Origin: a virus | Strand: one strand, 5' to 3' | IMG/VR virus record: IMGVR_UViG_3300008807_000161 | Location: 1-46,261 of that record | Length of the DNA stretch: 46,261 bases | In this document: piece by piece, positions 1 through 6,699 of the stretch | Layout: each line of letters begins with the position of its first letter | Numbering within the stretch: the stretch's first letter is position 1 | Made by a program: the position numbers and the translations under genes | Notes under the pieces: generated by a model | Databases searched by the model: none | The model's input: the letters and a program-made list of their open reading frames with translations, nothing else | Told to the model about the DNA's origin: nothing

Positions 1-99
1 GCCGAGAACCCCAACGCCCCCGCGCTGATCAAGCTGCGCACGTCAGCAGCGTTGATTCGCCAAATCCAAAAGATCGCGCCGATGCTCGACGATACGCGC
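1..99. repeat. Terminal direct repeat, copy 1 of 2 (identical to 46163..46261). Most simply the assembly overlap of a circular or terminally redundant genome.
   Basis: The first 99 nt (gccgagaaccccaacgcc...gatacgcgc) recur exactly as the last 99 nt of the window. Confidence 0.95.
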
Positions 100-309
100 A
101 CGGTGCTGACCGAGTTGCAGGACGTGATTGATGTGCATGGCGCAATCACCGATGATGACCTGCTGCGCCTTGGGGTCAGCGCCGCCCAGGTGGCGAGCTT
201 GCAGGCGTTTCTGACCAAGCTCTTTGAATTTATGGACAACTCGACGCAGACACGCAAGCCCTACCGCACGACCATCAACTCTGTGCGGCGCGTCGGAGCG
301 CAATTATGA
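1..309 (+). CDS. C-terminal part of a junction-spanning hypothetical protein. The gene starts at ATG 46127 and the frame is continuous across the circular junction, giving about 114 aa.
   Basis: Frame 1 is open from nt 1 (AENPNAPALIKLRTSAALIRQIQK...). The same peptide is read from ATG 46127, and 46214 (= 52 + 46162) is in frame with 46127. Confidence 0.7.
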   Translation, partial: AENPNAPALIKLRTSAALIRQIQKIAPMLDDTRTVLTELQDVIDVHGAITDDDLLRLGVSAAQVASLQAFLTKLFEFMDNSTQTRKPYRTTINSVRRVGAQL

Positions 310-374
310 GTATCGTCAATAGTAAGGTTCGCCGTCAACAGCGGCGCAATCATCCATCATCTATAGGAGAAAGT

Positions 375-671
375 ATGACCACGCAAACGCAAGAGACAGC
401 CAAGGCCGAGCCGACCGAATTGCGCTGGAGCAAGGCGCAGATCCGCCACTTCAACGAGTTACAGCGTGAGGTCAAAGAGGCTCAAGGGGCCGTGACCCGC
501 GCGCAAGAGGCTGTGCAGGGCTTTATCGGCTATCTGAGCGAAGAGTACGAACTGGACGTTAGCCAACCGTGGGTAGTGGGGCCACAGGGCTTTGTGCTGC
601 GACCGAGCGAACCGAGCGCACCGGCAACCCAGCCGCCCAGCGAAGAAACGCCACCGCCCGCAGCGGAATAA
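375..671 (+). CDS. Hypothetical protein (98 aa) with a Pro/Ser-rich C-terminus.
   Basis: ORF 306..671 trimmed to ATG 375, which follows GGAGAAAG. Sequence is MTTQTQETAKAEPTELRWSKAQ... No recognisable motif. Confidence 0.6.
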   Translation: MTTQTQETAKAEPTELRWSKAQIRHFNELQREVKEAQGAVTRAQEAVQGFIGYLSEEYELDVSQPWVVGPQGFVLRPSEPSAPATQPPSEETPPPAAE

Positions 672-692
672 CGCATCTCGGTTATATGTCGC

Positions 693-720
693 TTGTGCCG
701 CCGAGAGGGACAGGTATATA
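693..720 (+). promoter_or_regulatory. Candidate internal promoter for the 772..1500 gene (TTGTGC-N16-TATATA).
   Basis: TTGTGC at 693..698, a 16-nt spacer, then TATATA at 715..720. The -35 is weak. Confidence 0.3.
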
Positions 721-762
721 CTGATTGGTGGTTTTGATTTCTACCGTCAGCCTGTCCCTCGG
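705..762 (+). promoter_or_regulatory. Long-range inverted repeat whose 3' arm abuts the SD of the 772 gene. Possible RBS-sequestering structure in read-through transcripts.
   Basis: GAGGGACAGG (705..714) pairs perfectly with CCTGTCCCTC (751..760). Pairing can extend into GG of the GGAGG SD (761..765). The candidate -10 lies inside the loop. Confidence 0.4.
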
Positions 763-771
763 AGGTGCATT

Positions 772-1500
772 GTGCGTTTATTCTTCAAGCTGCTGATTTT
801 TGTTTTAGTAGTTTTGGCCTCAGTGTCCGCATGGGTCAAGTATCGCCAGGAACTCACCGGCACGATTCAGACGTTGCAGGTTCCAGCGGGCGACACGCCC
901 ACGGGCGATCCCAATGCCCCAGCCCCCACACCCACCCACACCCCGACGCCGGAACCCACCGGCGTGGATACCACCGCCCCACAAATCCTCTCCATCGACC
1001 TGCACCAATCCAGTGTCGATACGACGGCTTCGAGCCAGTTGATCACCCTCACTGTTCATATTACAGATGACCTCAGTGGTCTCCAACGCGCGACATTTCG
1101 TTTTGTCCCAGCCATTGGCGGAACGCAATATCTGGATATTTCGATCACAGAGGATTACCGTGTCAGTGGCGACCGACGCGATGGGATTTATGTGGCGGTG
1201 GGGCTGCTCCCCAAATACAGCGCGCATGGCCGTTGGTATTTGAGCGAGGCAACAGTTGCCGACAATGCCAACAATATCCAGTACGGCTACGGCTTCCCGG
1301 ATGGACGCAATGCGGAGCCGGAGCCGGTGGTTGGGGAGGAACCGCTGTATTTTGTCAACGGCAAGGATAGCGGGCCGATTGTGGCGCCGGAGGCGACGCT
1401 GCCCGCGCCGGTGGAACCGGGGCCGCTGCCGCCGGAGGGTGGGGTGGCGGATGATGGGGCAGGTGGAAATGAGTTGCGGTTGCCACTCTTGCGGCCATAG
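772..1500 (+). CDS. Membrane-anchored or secreted protein with a Pro-Thr linker and a beta-sandwich-like domain (moron / lysogenic-conversion candidate).
   Basis: GTG 772 lies 6 nt after GGAGG. The N-terminal hydrophobic segment is LFFKLLIFVLVVLASVSAW, followed by a PTPTHTPTPEPT linker and a pattern like ITDDLSGL...GxW...DNANN. It is the last gene before the convergent terminators. Confidence 0.65.
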   Translation: MRLFFKLLIFVLVVLASVSAWVKYRQELTGTIQTLQVPAGDTPTGDPNAPAPTPTHTPTPEPTGVDTTAPQILSIDLHQSSVDTTASSQLITLTVHITDDLSGLQRATFRFVPAIGGTQYLDISITEDYRVSGDRRDGIYVAVGLLPKYSAHGRWYLSEATVADNANNIQYGYGFPDGRNAEPEPVVGEEPLYFVNGKDSGPIVAPEATLPAPVEPGPLPPEGGVADDGAGGNELRLPLLRP

Positions 1501-1506
1501 CATATC

Positions 1507-1529
1507 CTTGTTGCAAGTACGGCAACAAG
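1507..1529 (+). other. Perfect 8-bp stem hairpin immediately after the 772..1500 stop. No U-run follows.
   Basis: CTTGTTGC (1507..1514), 7-nt loop, GCAACAAG (1522..1529). Confidence 0.35.
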
Positions 1530-1536
1530 CGAGAGG

Positions 1537-1573
1537 CAAAAACAGGCGGCTAGGCATCGCGCCTGCCGCCTGT
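1537..1573 (-). terminator. Intrinsic terminator of the leftward early operon.
   Basis: Stem ACAGGCGGC(T)AGGC / GCCTGCCGCCTGT with a 5-nt loop. On the minus strand the hairpin is followed by TTTTTG. It lies between convergent genes. Confidence 0.6.
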
Positions 1574-1613
1574 CGGTTCGCAGCCGCCACCCCACGGCGA
1601 CGGCTGCGCTCGG

Positions 1614-1847
1614 TCAGGGCGTAAACTTGCTCCACGTACCTATCAGCATGTGGGCAGGTCTGCGCCCGCCGCCGCATTTGTCCACGTTGTACCCGCCACG
1701 ATCATCTACGGTGTGCCAGCCGCGCGAAACTGTACCCCAAAACACGCGCACAACCATCGTCTCGATACGGTTCGGGTCAGCGTGACGGGCATAGTTGATA
1801 TAGCCCTCAAATGCCCAGATGCCAGGTGAGTCGGGTTGCGCGCTCAT
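1614..1847 (-). CDS. Hypothetical protein (77 aa), last gene of the leftward operon.
   Basis: ORF 1614..1865 trimmed to ATG 1847, which sits 2 nt after the stop of the upstream XRE-type gene. Sequence is MSAQPDSPGIWAFEGYINYARH... Confidence 0.5.
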   Translation of the reverse strand: MSAQPDSPGIWAFEGYINYARHADPNRIETMVVRVFWGTVSRGWHTVDDRGGYNVDKCGGGRRPAHMLIGTWSKFTP

Positions 1848-1849
1848 GG

Positions 1850-2251
1850 TCAATCTTCTAGCCACTTACGCCAATGGAGATTGTCGGCGTTCCAAGTCCA
1901 CGGGCCATCACGCCAACTAATGCGCTCAGAGTTTATCAAGCGCGCACCTCGCGCAAAGAACCATTTAAGCGGAAAGTGCAGCAGTATCGACATGAAGCCA
2001 ATCTGCTCCATTGTCGGTGCGACCGTCTCGGACTCAAAGCCAATCAGGTCTTGACGACTAACTCGCAATTGCTCGGCGAATTCATCAAGGGACAAGCCGC
2101 GCAGACAACGCGCCGTAACCAGTCGTGGCCCGCTAAACGGCAAGCCGTCCTTGTTGCACGGCATTGCTGGCAGTTCACCCGCGCGTGCGCGCAACTCGAC
2201 ATTTTCGGCCTCTAGTTGAGAGATGCGCGCCAGAAGTTCACGCTTGCTCAT
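1850..2251 (-). CDS. XRE-type helix-turn-helix protein with an N-terminal coiled coil.
   Basis: ORF 1850..2326 trimmed to MSKRELLARISQLEAENVELRAR. The HTH-like segment is LSLDEFAEQLRVSRQDLIGFESE. Confidence 0.6.
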   Translation of the reverse strand: MSKRELLARISQLEAENVELRARAGELPAMPCNKDGLPFSGPRLVTARCLRGLSLDEFAEQLRVSRQDLIGFESETVAPTMEQIGFMSILLHFPLKWFFARGARLINSERISWRDGPWTWNADNLHWRKWLED

Positions 2252-2253
2252 GG

Positions 2254-2331
2254 TCAGTCCTTGCCCCAACGCACGCGGATACGCACGCCGCACAGCAGCA
2301 CGATGAGCAGCAACCAGCCCCACCACGGCAT
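2254..2331 (-). CDS. Small hydrophobic peptide (25 aa), below the ORF-track cutoff.
   Basis: ATG 2331 follows AGGAGGGGAC and shares one nt with the upstream TGA. Sequence is MPWWGWLLLIVLLCGVRIRVRWGKD. Confidence 0.4.
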   Translation of the reverse strand: MPWWGWLLLIVLLCGVRIRVRWGKD

Positions 2332-2561
2332 CACCTCGTCCCCTCCTGTGCTGCCAGCTCTAGTAGTCTTTGCTCGATAGCCGCTCGCCGCAGTCCATGA
2401 CAGCCGTAGTTGTATTTGGCTCGCTTGCCGTTTAGTATGGCGAGTGCCTTGCGTAACTGCTCCGTGTTCGCTTTTTGCAGGGCAGCAAAAAAGACAAGTC
2501 CCCTGCCCTTGTTTTTGCGTATCGCTCCCCCTAGCAGCAGAGGTACAATAGTGTCGGTCAC
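2331..2561 (-). CDS. Hypothetical protein (76 aa).
   Basis: GTG 2561 overlaps the upstream stop (GTGA) and is preceded by AGGAGGGGAC. The protein ends ...LAAQEGTR. Confidence 0.6.
   Translation of the reverse strand: MTDTIVPLLLGGAIRKNKGRGLVFFAALQKANTEQLRKALAILNGKRAKYNYGCHGLRRAAIEQRLLELAAQEGTR
2337..2358 (-). repeat. 22-bp repeat, copy 1 (CGTCCCCTCCTGTGCTGCCAGC). On the minus strand it encodes (L)AAQEGT and carries the SD AGGAGG.
   Basis: Exact 22-mer shared with 2564..2585 and 2696..2717. Confidence 0.9.
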
Positions 2562-3034
2562 TTCGTCCCCTCCTGTGCTGCCAGCCAGTTACGCACAATA
2601 TCTATTGTTCCGGCACTGTCATCGCCGCCGTATATCATCGCGTAGCCCAGCAGCGTCGTGATTGCCCCGCGCACGTCATCGGGTGCATGGAGCGGCGTCC
2701 CCTCCTGTGCTGCCAGCCAGGACAACGCCGCGTCGATGGCGGCGAGTTGGTCTGCCAACCTTCCGTATTCATCAGGATCGGTATACCACAAATTCATTTT
2801 TCTACGTATTGCTGCATCTTGATACTCCAACGCCTCGCGCATCGTCGCCGCCACGTCCGGCGGCAGGGTTGGCGCGCGACGGTTCCAGGCGGCGATGGCA
2901 AGCGCGCGCGTGGGCAGCATCGGCGTACCGCACGCGCAATCGTCGTTGGCGCAGAAAACGCCATACAGCCAGTCGCTCGAAAACATATAGCCCACACTAC
3001 CACAAAACGGGCATGGTGCTAGTGTCTCGCTCAT
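2558..3034 (-). CDS. Lar-family (restriction alleviation) zinc-finger protein with a C-terminal extension.
   Basis: The N-terminus LAPCPFCGS...C..DDCACG...AIAAWNRRAP matches the Lar-family pattern CPFCG...C..C...A..AWNRR. Confidence 0.7.
   Translation of the reverse strand: MSETLAPCPFCGSVGYMFSSDWLYGVFCANDDCACGTPMLPTRALAIAAWNRRAPTLPPDVAATMREALEYQDAAIRRKMNLWYTDPDEYGRLADQLAAIDAALSWLAAQEGTPLHAPDDVRGAITTLLGYAMIYGGDDSAGTIDIVRNWLAAQEGTK
2564..2585 (-). repeat. 22-bp repeat, copy 2.
   Basis: Exact 22-mer. It sits at the 3' end of the Lar-like gene and supplies the SD for the next gene. Confidence 0.9.
2696..2717 (-). repeat. 22-bp repeat, copy 3, internal to the Lar-like CDS.
   Basis: Exact 22-mer encoding an internal WLAAQEGT about 45 codons before the C-terminal WLAAQEGTK. 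Confidence 0.9.
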
Positions 3035-3279
3035 GGTGTCACCTCATCTCCAAATGCCAATTGGCCCTCATTCGCCACAACGGTTTTCGCCTTGCGCGTT
3101 TTAGGGGGGTCGAAATACTTATTGATTTCAGATAGCCAAATCTTGTAAGGATGATAGCGGCGTTCGCCAAACGGGTAAGCCTCGCTTAACTTTTTGCGTA
3201 GCTCCTGCTCCGGCAAGCCAGGATTATCCTTGACTGTCTTGGCAATCACCCGATTCGCAATGTTGCGCCATTCGCTCAT
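3031..3279 (-). CDS. Hypothetical protein (82 aa).
   Basis: ATG 3279. ATGA-type overlap with the downstream gene. No recognisable motif. Confidence 0.6.
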   Translation of the reverse strand: MSEWRNIANRVIAKTVKDNPGLPEQELRKKLSEAYPFGERRYHPYKIWLSEINKYFDPPKTRKAKTVVANEGQLAFGDEVTP

Positions 3280-3324
3280 GTCATCTCCCCGCGTTGGAGT
3301 CGCAGCCCTCGTGTGTTTTGGCGG

Positions 3325-3810
3325 CTATCGAGTCGCCTTGTCATGTACGCCGATCAGTCCCCATAAAATCGACTGCCCACTGTTGCCAACTCGACAAAAC
3401 ACGCTATTTTCGAGTTCGCGCACAAATCTCTTGAGCGTGCTTTTTGGTATGTCCAAGTCCGCGCACACAACGGGGACGTGCGACGGGCCATACTGCAACA
3501 GGTAGGCCGTGACGCGCTGTTGCAGTTCGGCGCGCCGCTTGGCTCTGAGTTCGGTTTGCACGCGTTTGGCGTCACTTATGTTGTATTTAGGCCGGAGATG
3601 CTCCACAAGCACCGGCTCTAGCGCGTCAACCACATCAAACGGCTTGACGGTATCCGCCCTGCCCACGTCAACGATGCGGGTCACACGGCCAATCACGTAG
3701 CCGTCTTGGGTGACGCCGAGCGGTCGCACAAAGGTCTTGACCACGCGCCCGCTGAACCTGGCATACTGGTCGTCGGGTGTGTAGGCGCGGCCCGCGGTTG
3801 ACGTTTTCAT
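3325..3810 (-). CDS. Hypothetical protein (161 aa) with a possible C-terminal HTH.
   Basis: ORF 3325..3861 trimmed to ATG 3810 (MKTSTAGR), which overlaps the upstream TGA as ATGA. C-terminal segment is DLDIPKSTLKRFVRELE. Confidence 0.6.
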   Translation of the reverse strand: MKTSTAGRAYTPDDQYARFSGRVVKTFVRPLGVTQDGYVIGRVTRIVDVGRADTVKPFDVVDALEPVLVEHLRPKYNISDAKRVQTELRAKRRAELQQRVTAYLLQYGPSHVPVVCADLDIPKSTLKRFVRELENSVFCRVGNSGQSILWGLIGVHDKATR

Positions 3811-4514
3811 GGTTCCATCCACCCCGTGAATCGACTGCGCGGCATCGGCTCTTTCATCCATGCGGTATCCGGCTCAGGTAGCTGCAATGCCTCGGCAACG
3901 GTGAGCAACCGTTCGATGGGCAGCGAGTTGCGCTTGCCGGACTTGGCGATCCAGGTGAGGCCACGCCGCTTCTCGATTTCCAAAGCCACTTCAAGCGTTG
4001 AGCGCACGTCCTGGGCGACATAAGCCAACACCTCGTCAAATCTGCCATCTGCCCACATCTGCGGGGCTAATGCGCCACTCATGCCCTCGGTCTTGCCTGA
4101 CAGTCCCATGCTCCGTGCAATGGCGTCCAAGCCGACCGGGAAGCCCTTGATGCAATGCACCAGCAGGCAGGTATCCACGCTGTGCAGGGCCAGGTCAGCG
4201 CACTCGGCAACCATGCCCGATTCTTCTGCGAGGATGTCGAAGTCGAAGCCCACACCATTGTGAGTCAGGAGCGTGAAGCCTTTTGTGTAGACAGAAAAGA
4301 GTAGCTTATTGACGAGGCTCTGACATTCCTCCCTGGTCATCAGGGAGGCAGGGGAATCGCTGCCCCCGTGACCAGTGGAGGTCTTGATCTCGTCTTTGGG
4401 GGTCAGCCACGCCACGGCCCAGCAAGCGATCCCCAACGGGCGATGGTTCTGGATGTCTTCGCCCTCCGGCGTGATTTTGGCGGTTTCGATGTCGAAGGAT
4501 AAGTAGCGGGTCAT
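3807..4514 (-). CDS. DEDD-family (DnaQ-like) 3'-5' exonuclease.
   Basis: Exo I FDIET, Exo II LTHNGVGFDFDIL, Exo III YVAQDV. Confidence 0.8.
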   Translation of the reverse strand: MTRYLSFDIETAKITPEGEDIQNHRPLGIACWAVAWLTPKDEIKTSTGHGGSDSPASLMTREECQSLVNKLLFSVYTKGFTLLTHNGVGFDFDILAEESGMVAECADLALHSVDTCLLVHCIKGFPVGLDAIARSMGLSGKTEGMSGALAPQMWADGRFDEVLAYVAQDVRSTLEVALEIEKRRGLTWIAKSGKRNSLPIERLLTVAEALQLPEPDTAWMKEPMPRSRFTGWMEP

Positions 4515-5029
4515 AATTCGACCTCCATGATGTCGTTATAAAGCCATTCGGTGCGTTCGCCACGGTCAAAGCGATGACGAAGCGGCATGATCGTCATTGA
4601 CAAAGCAAGGATACCGTTGGGCGTTTCACCGTAGATGCGCTCGCAAGTCGCCAAGTATTGCTCTGCCTTTGCCCAATCTAGAGGTTCCACATCCACCCGC
4701 GCCACGCTGTCAGTGGACTTAAATCCATCAGGGTAGCGCACCTTGAGCTTTTCAATGTTGGCATCCATGACTTGGCCCATGTCGAGTTCGAGCTTGGTGC
4801 AGAGCGCAGCGATATACCACAAGCAGTCGCCAAGCTCCTTTGCCATCTTGTCGCGGTCAAGGCCATGCTGATGCAGGATGCCCTTTTTGACGGTCTCTGC
4901 TACCTCGCCCGCTTCACCGGCGAGGCCAAGGGCGTTCCACAGGATCATCATGCTGGTGTCGTCGAGGTCGAAGCCTGGGCGATCAATGAGAGTACGCGCT
5001 GCGAGTTGTTGGTATTCGGTTGCGTTCAT
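4511..5029 (-). CDS. mazG: MazG-like nucleoside triphosphate pyrophosphohydrolase with an extra C-terminal region.
   Basis: ATG 5029 follows GAAGGGAGAGG. Motifs are YQQLAARTL...GLAGEAGEVAE...ELGDCLWYIAAL, the typical MazG EEXXE/D helices. Confidence 0.8.
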   Translation of the reverse strand: MNATEYQQLAARTLIDRPGFDLDDTSMMILWNALGLAGEAGEVAETVKKGILHQHGLDRDKMAKELGDCLWYIAALCTKLELDMGQVMDANIEKLKVRYPDGFKSTDSVARVDVEPLDWAKAEQYLATCERIYGETPNGILALSMTIMPLRHRFDRGERTEWLYNDIMEVEL

Positions 5030-5140
5030 TGTCCTCTCCCTTCGTGCCATTCCAATAGATTTCGCCAACAGGGGCATAGGCGCTTTTCCACGCCAACCAT
5101 TGCAGGTGCATCCAACACAGAAAGACGATCCACTCTGCTG

Positions 5141-5425
5141 TCACGTCCCCCTCCCCTCTTTCCACTCTAATTCGCCCAACGTTAGCCGCGCATGTGTCCA
5201 CTGCACCTGTACCCCTAGCCGCGTCGCCAGCATTTGCGCTATGTCGCCGTCCAACTGGCACAGGTAACGTTGCCCCATCAATCGTTGCAAGACGCTCCGT
5301 GCATCATCTTCGCTCATAGCCTCGGTCACATGATAGGCGGCTTCGAGCGTGGAGAGTGGGCGCACTTTGCGACTGACCAGGGCAGCGATGGCGGCGGTCG
5401 CAGCGGCTAGGGGGTCGGTGATCAT
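5141..5425 (-). CDS. Hypothetical protein (94 aa).
   Basis: Clean ORF within the co-directional operon. No motif. Confidence 0.6.
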   Translation of the reverse strand: MITDPLAAATAAIAALVSRKVRPLSTLEAAYHVTEAMSEDDARSVLQRLMGQRYLCQLDGDIAQMLATRLGVQVQWTHARLTLGELEWKEGRGT

Positions 5426-5427
5426 AG

Positions 5428-5772
5428 TCAGTCTTGCTTCTGCCCCTGGGCCAAAAACTTCATCTCCGCACGCTGCGCGCCAAAGTTGATGGTGTACTCA
5501 ACCAGGTTGGCGGCGCGAATCTGGCGCAAGTGCTTGATCACGTCCAGGTTGGTGGCGGCGTGGCATAAGCTCCGCAGTTCGCCCATCGTGACCACAAAAT
5601 GCGTGCCAAATGTCTTGTTCTTTGCCAGCAGCTTGGCGGCCAGCTTCTTGGCGGCTACGGGCATTTGCGCGTGGGCGATGGCCTTGACAATGGCATCACG
5701 CGGGGTTGGGGTCGGTGGTGGCGTCCATTCGACTGGGGTGACGGTTGGTTCAGCATCTTGGGTGATGTTCAT
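5428..5772 (-). CDS. Hypothetical protein (114 aa).
   Basis: ORF 5428..5805 trimmed to ATG 5772 (MNITQDAEPT), just after the upstream stop at 5775. The alternative start at 5805 is not excluded. Confidence 0.55.
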   Translation of the reverse strand: MNITQDAEPTVTPVEWTPPPTPTPRDAIVKAIAHAQMPVAAKKLAAKLLAKNKTFGTHFVVTMGELRSLCHAATNLDVIKHLRQIRAANLVEYTINFGAQRAEMKFLAQGQKQD

Positions 5773-5774
5773 GG

Positions 5775-6179
5775 TTATCCAATTCTTTCCTGTTTGTAGC
5801 CCCACTGGAGCAGCGAATTCACGAGGCCGGTTTTGTCAATCAGTTCAGCGACGAACTCAAGCATGGACTCTGCGACTTCGGCCTGTCGGGTAGCGGCTTC
5901 GGCCTGAGCAATGGCGGCGTGCATCATGGCTTGCTTGTAGGCACGATCTTCGTAGACCTGGCGATCCACGATGTCGCTGAAACGGACGCGGTCGTCATTG
6001 ATGCGATGCTCGAATTCAGCCATGTGGCGGCGCGCCGCCTTGAGATGATGGGTCTCGGACGGTTCGGGCTTTTCGGGCGGCGGCGTTGGGCGGGGCTGTT
6101 GCGTCAATCCATCGTAGTACTTGGCTGCCGCTAGCAAGGCGGCGTCATTGTCAGTGAGATATTCATATTCCGTGTGCAT
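5775..6179 (-). CDS. Hypothetical protein (134 aa).
   Basis: Clean ORF with a Pro-rich linker followed by a helical C-terminus. Confidence 0.6.
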   Translation of the reverse strand: MHTEYEYLTDNDAALLAAAKYYDGLTQQPRPTPPPEKPEPSETHHLKAARRHMAEFEHRINDDRVRFSDIVDRQVYEDRAYKQAMMHAAIAQAEAATRQAEVAESMLEFVAELIDKTGLVNSLLQWGYKQERIG

Positions 6180-6201
6180 GATGTTTGGTTCCTGTAGTTG
6201 G

Positions 6202-6642
6202 TTATTCCATCCAACTCACGCAGCCGTTCGTGCTGCATGAGGCGTGGCAATGGCCGTTATAGGCGATGCTGAAACCGAGTGTGCCGGTGTTGCAGATGGG
6301 GCAAGAGATTCTCCCCTGCACATTGCGGGTCGGCTTGCCGTTCGCCTTGAGATAATCAGTGATGGCGGCGCGGGCGGTCATGTATCGAATACCCGCGTCC
6401 CTGAGATGCTCAACTTGGGCTGCGATTTCTTCCGGCGTGGGCCACTCGCGCAAAGCGCACTCGGCGACCACATCCTCTTTGAAATGGGTGCGCAGACAGG
6501 GCAGGCGGTTCAGCATACCTGGGCGGCTGTCGTCACCCAGTTGCGCGTAATTGACTCCGGCGCGGCAAGTTTCGCTTCGTCCTGTGCCGGTGTAATGCTT
6601 GCACCAGCCGTTGATTTGTTCTTCAAGTGTCTTGGGTGGCAT
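6202..6642 (-). CDS. Cys-rich (zinc-ribbon-like) hypothetical protein.
   Basis: C-terminal CPICNTG...CHASCSTNGC, plus several N-terminal Cys. Confidence 0.6.
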   Translation of the reverse strand: MPPKTLEEQINGWCKHYTGTGRSETCRAGVNYAQLGDDSRPGMLNRLPCLRTHFKEDVVAECALREWPTPEEIAAQVEHLRDAGIRYMTARAAITDYLKANGKPTRNVQGRISCPICNTGTLGFSIAYNGHCHASCSTNGCVSWME

Positions 6643-6653
6643 GTGGTTTCCTT

Positions 6654-6676
6654 GCCCCGTTACGATGCCACGGGGC
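6654..6676 (-). other. Intercistronic GC-rich stem-loop (early operon hairpin family).
   Basis: GCCCCGT (6654..6660), 9-nt loop, ACGGGGC (6670..6676). It lies between the stop at 6700 and the start at 6642. No U-run follows. Confidence 0.5.
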
Positions 6677-6699
6677 CACGGCGTCTTGGCGTTTGGGTC

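Noticed and set aside
820-1677. Long antisense or alternative-frame ORFs listed in the track: 820..1677 (-), 6244..7071 (+), 8092..8736 (+), 13699..14457 (-), 15570..16316 (-), 19526..20425 (-), 23767..24519 (-), 28403..29116 (-), 41793..42650 (-).
   Set aside because: All lie opposite or out of frame to ORFs with clear motifs or operon logic. Their translations are Arg/Ala/Pro/Gly-rich, as expected for shadow frames of GC-rich coding DNA. None has a convincing SD or coupling to neighbouring genes.
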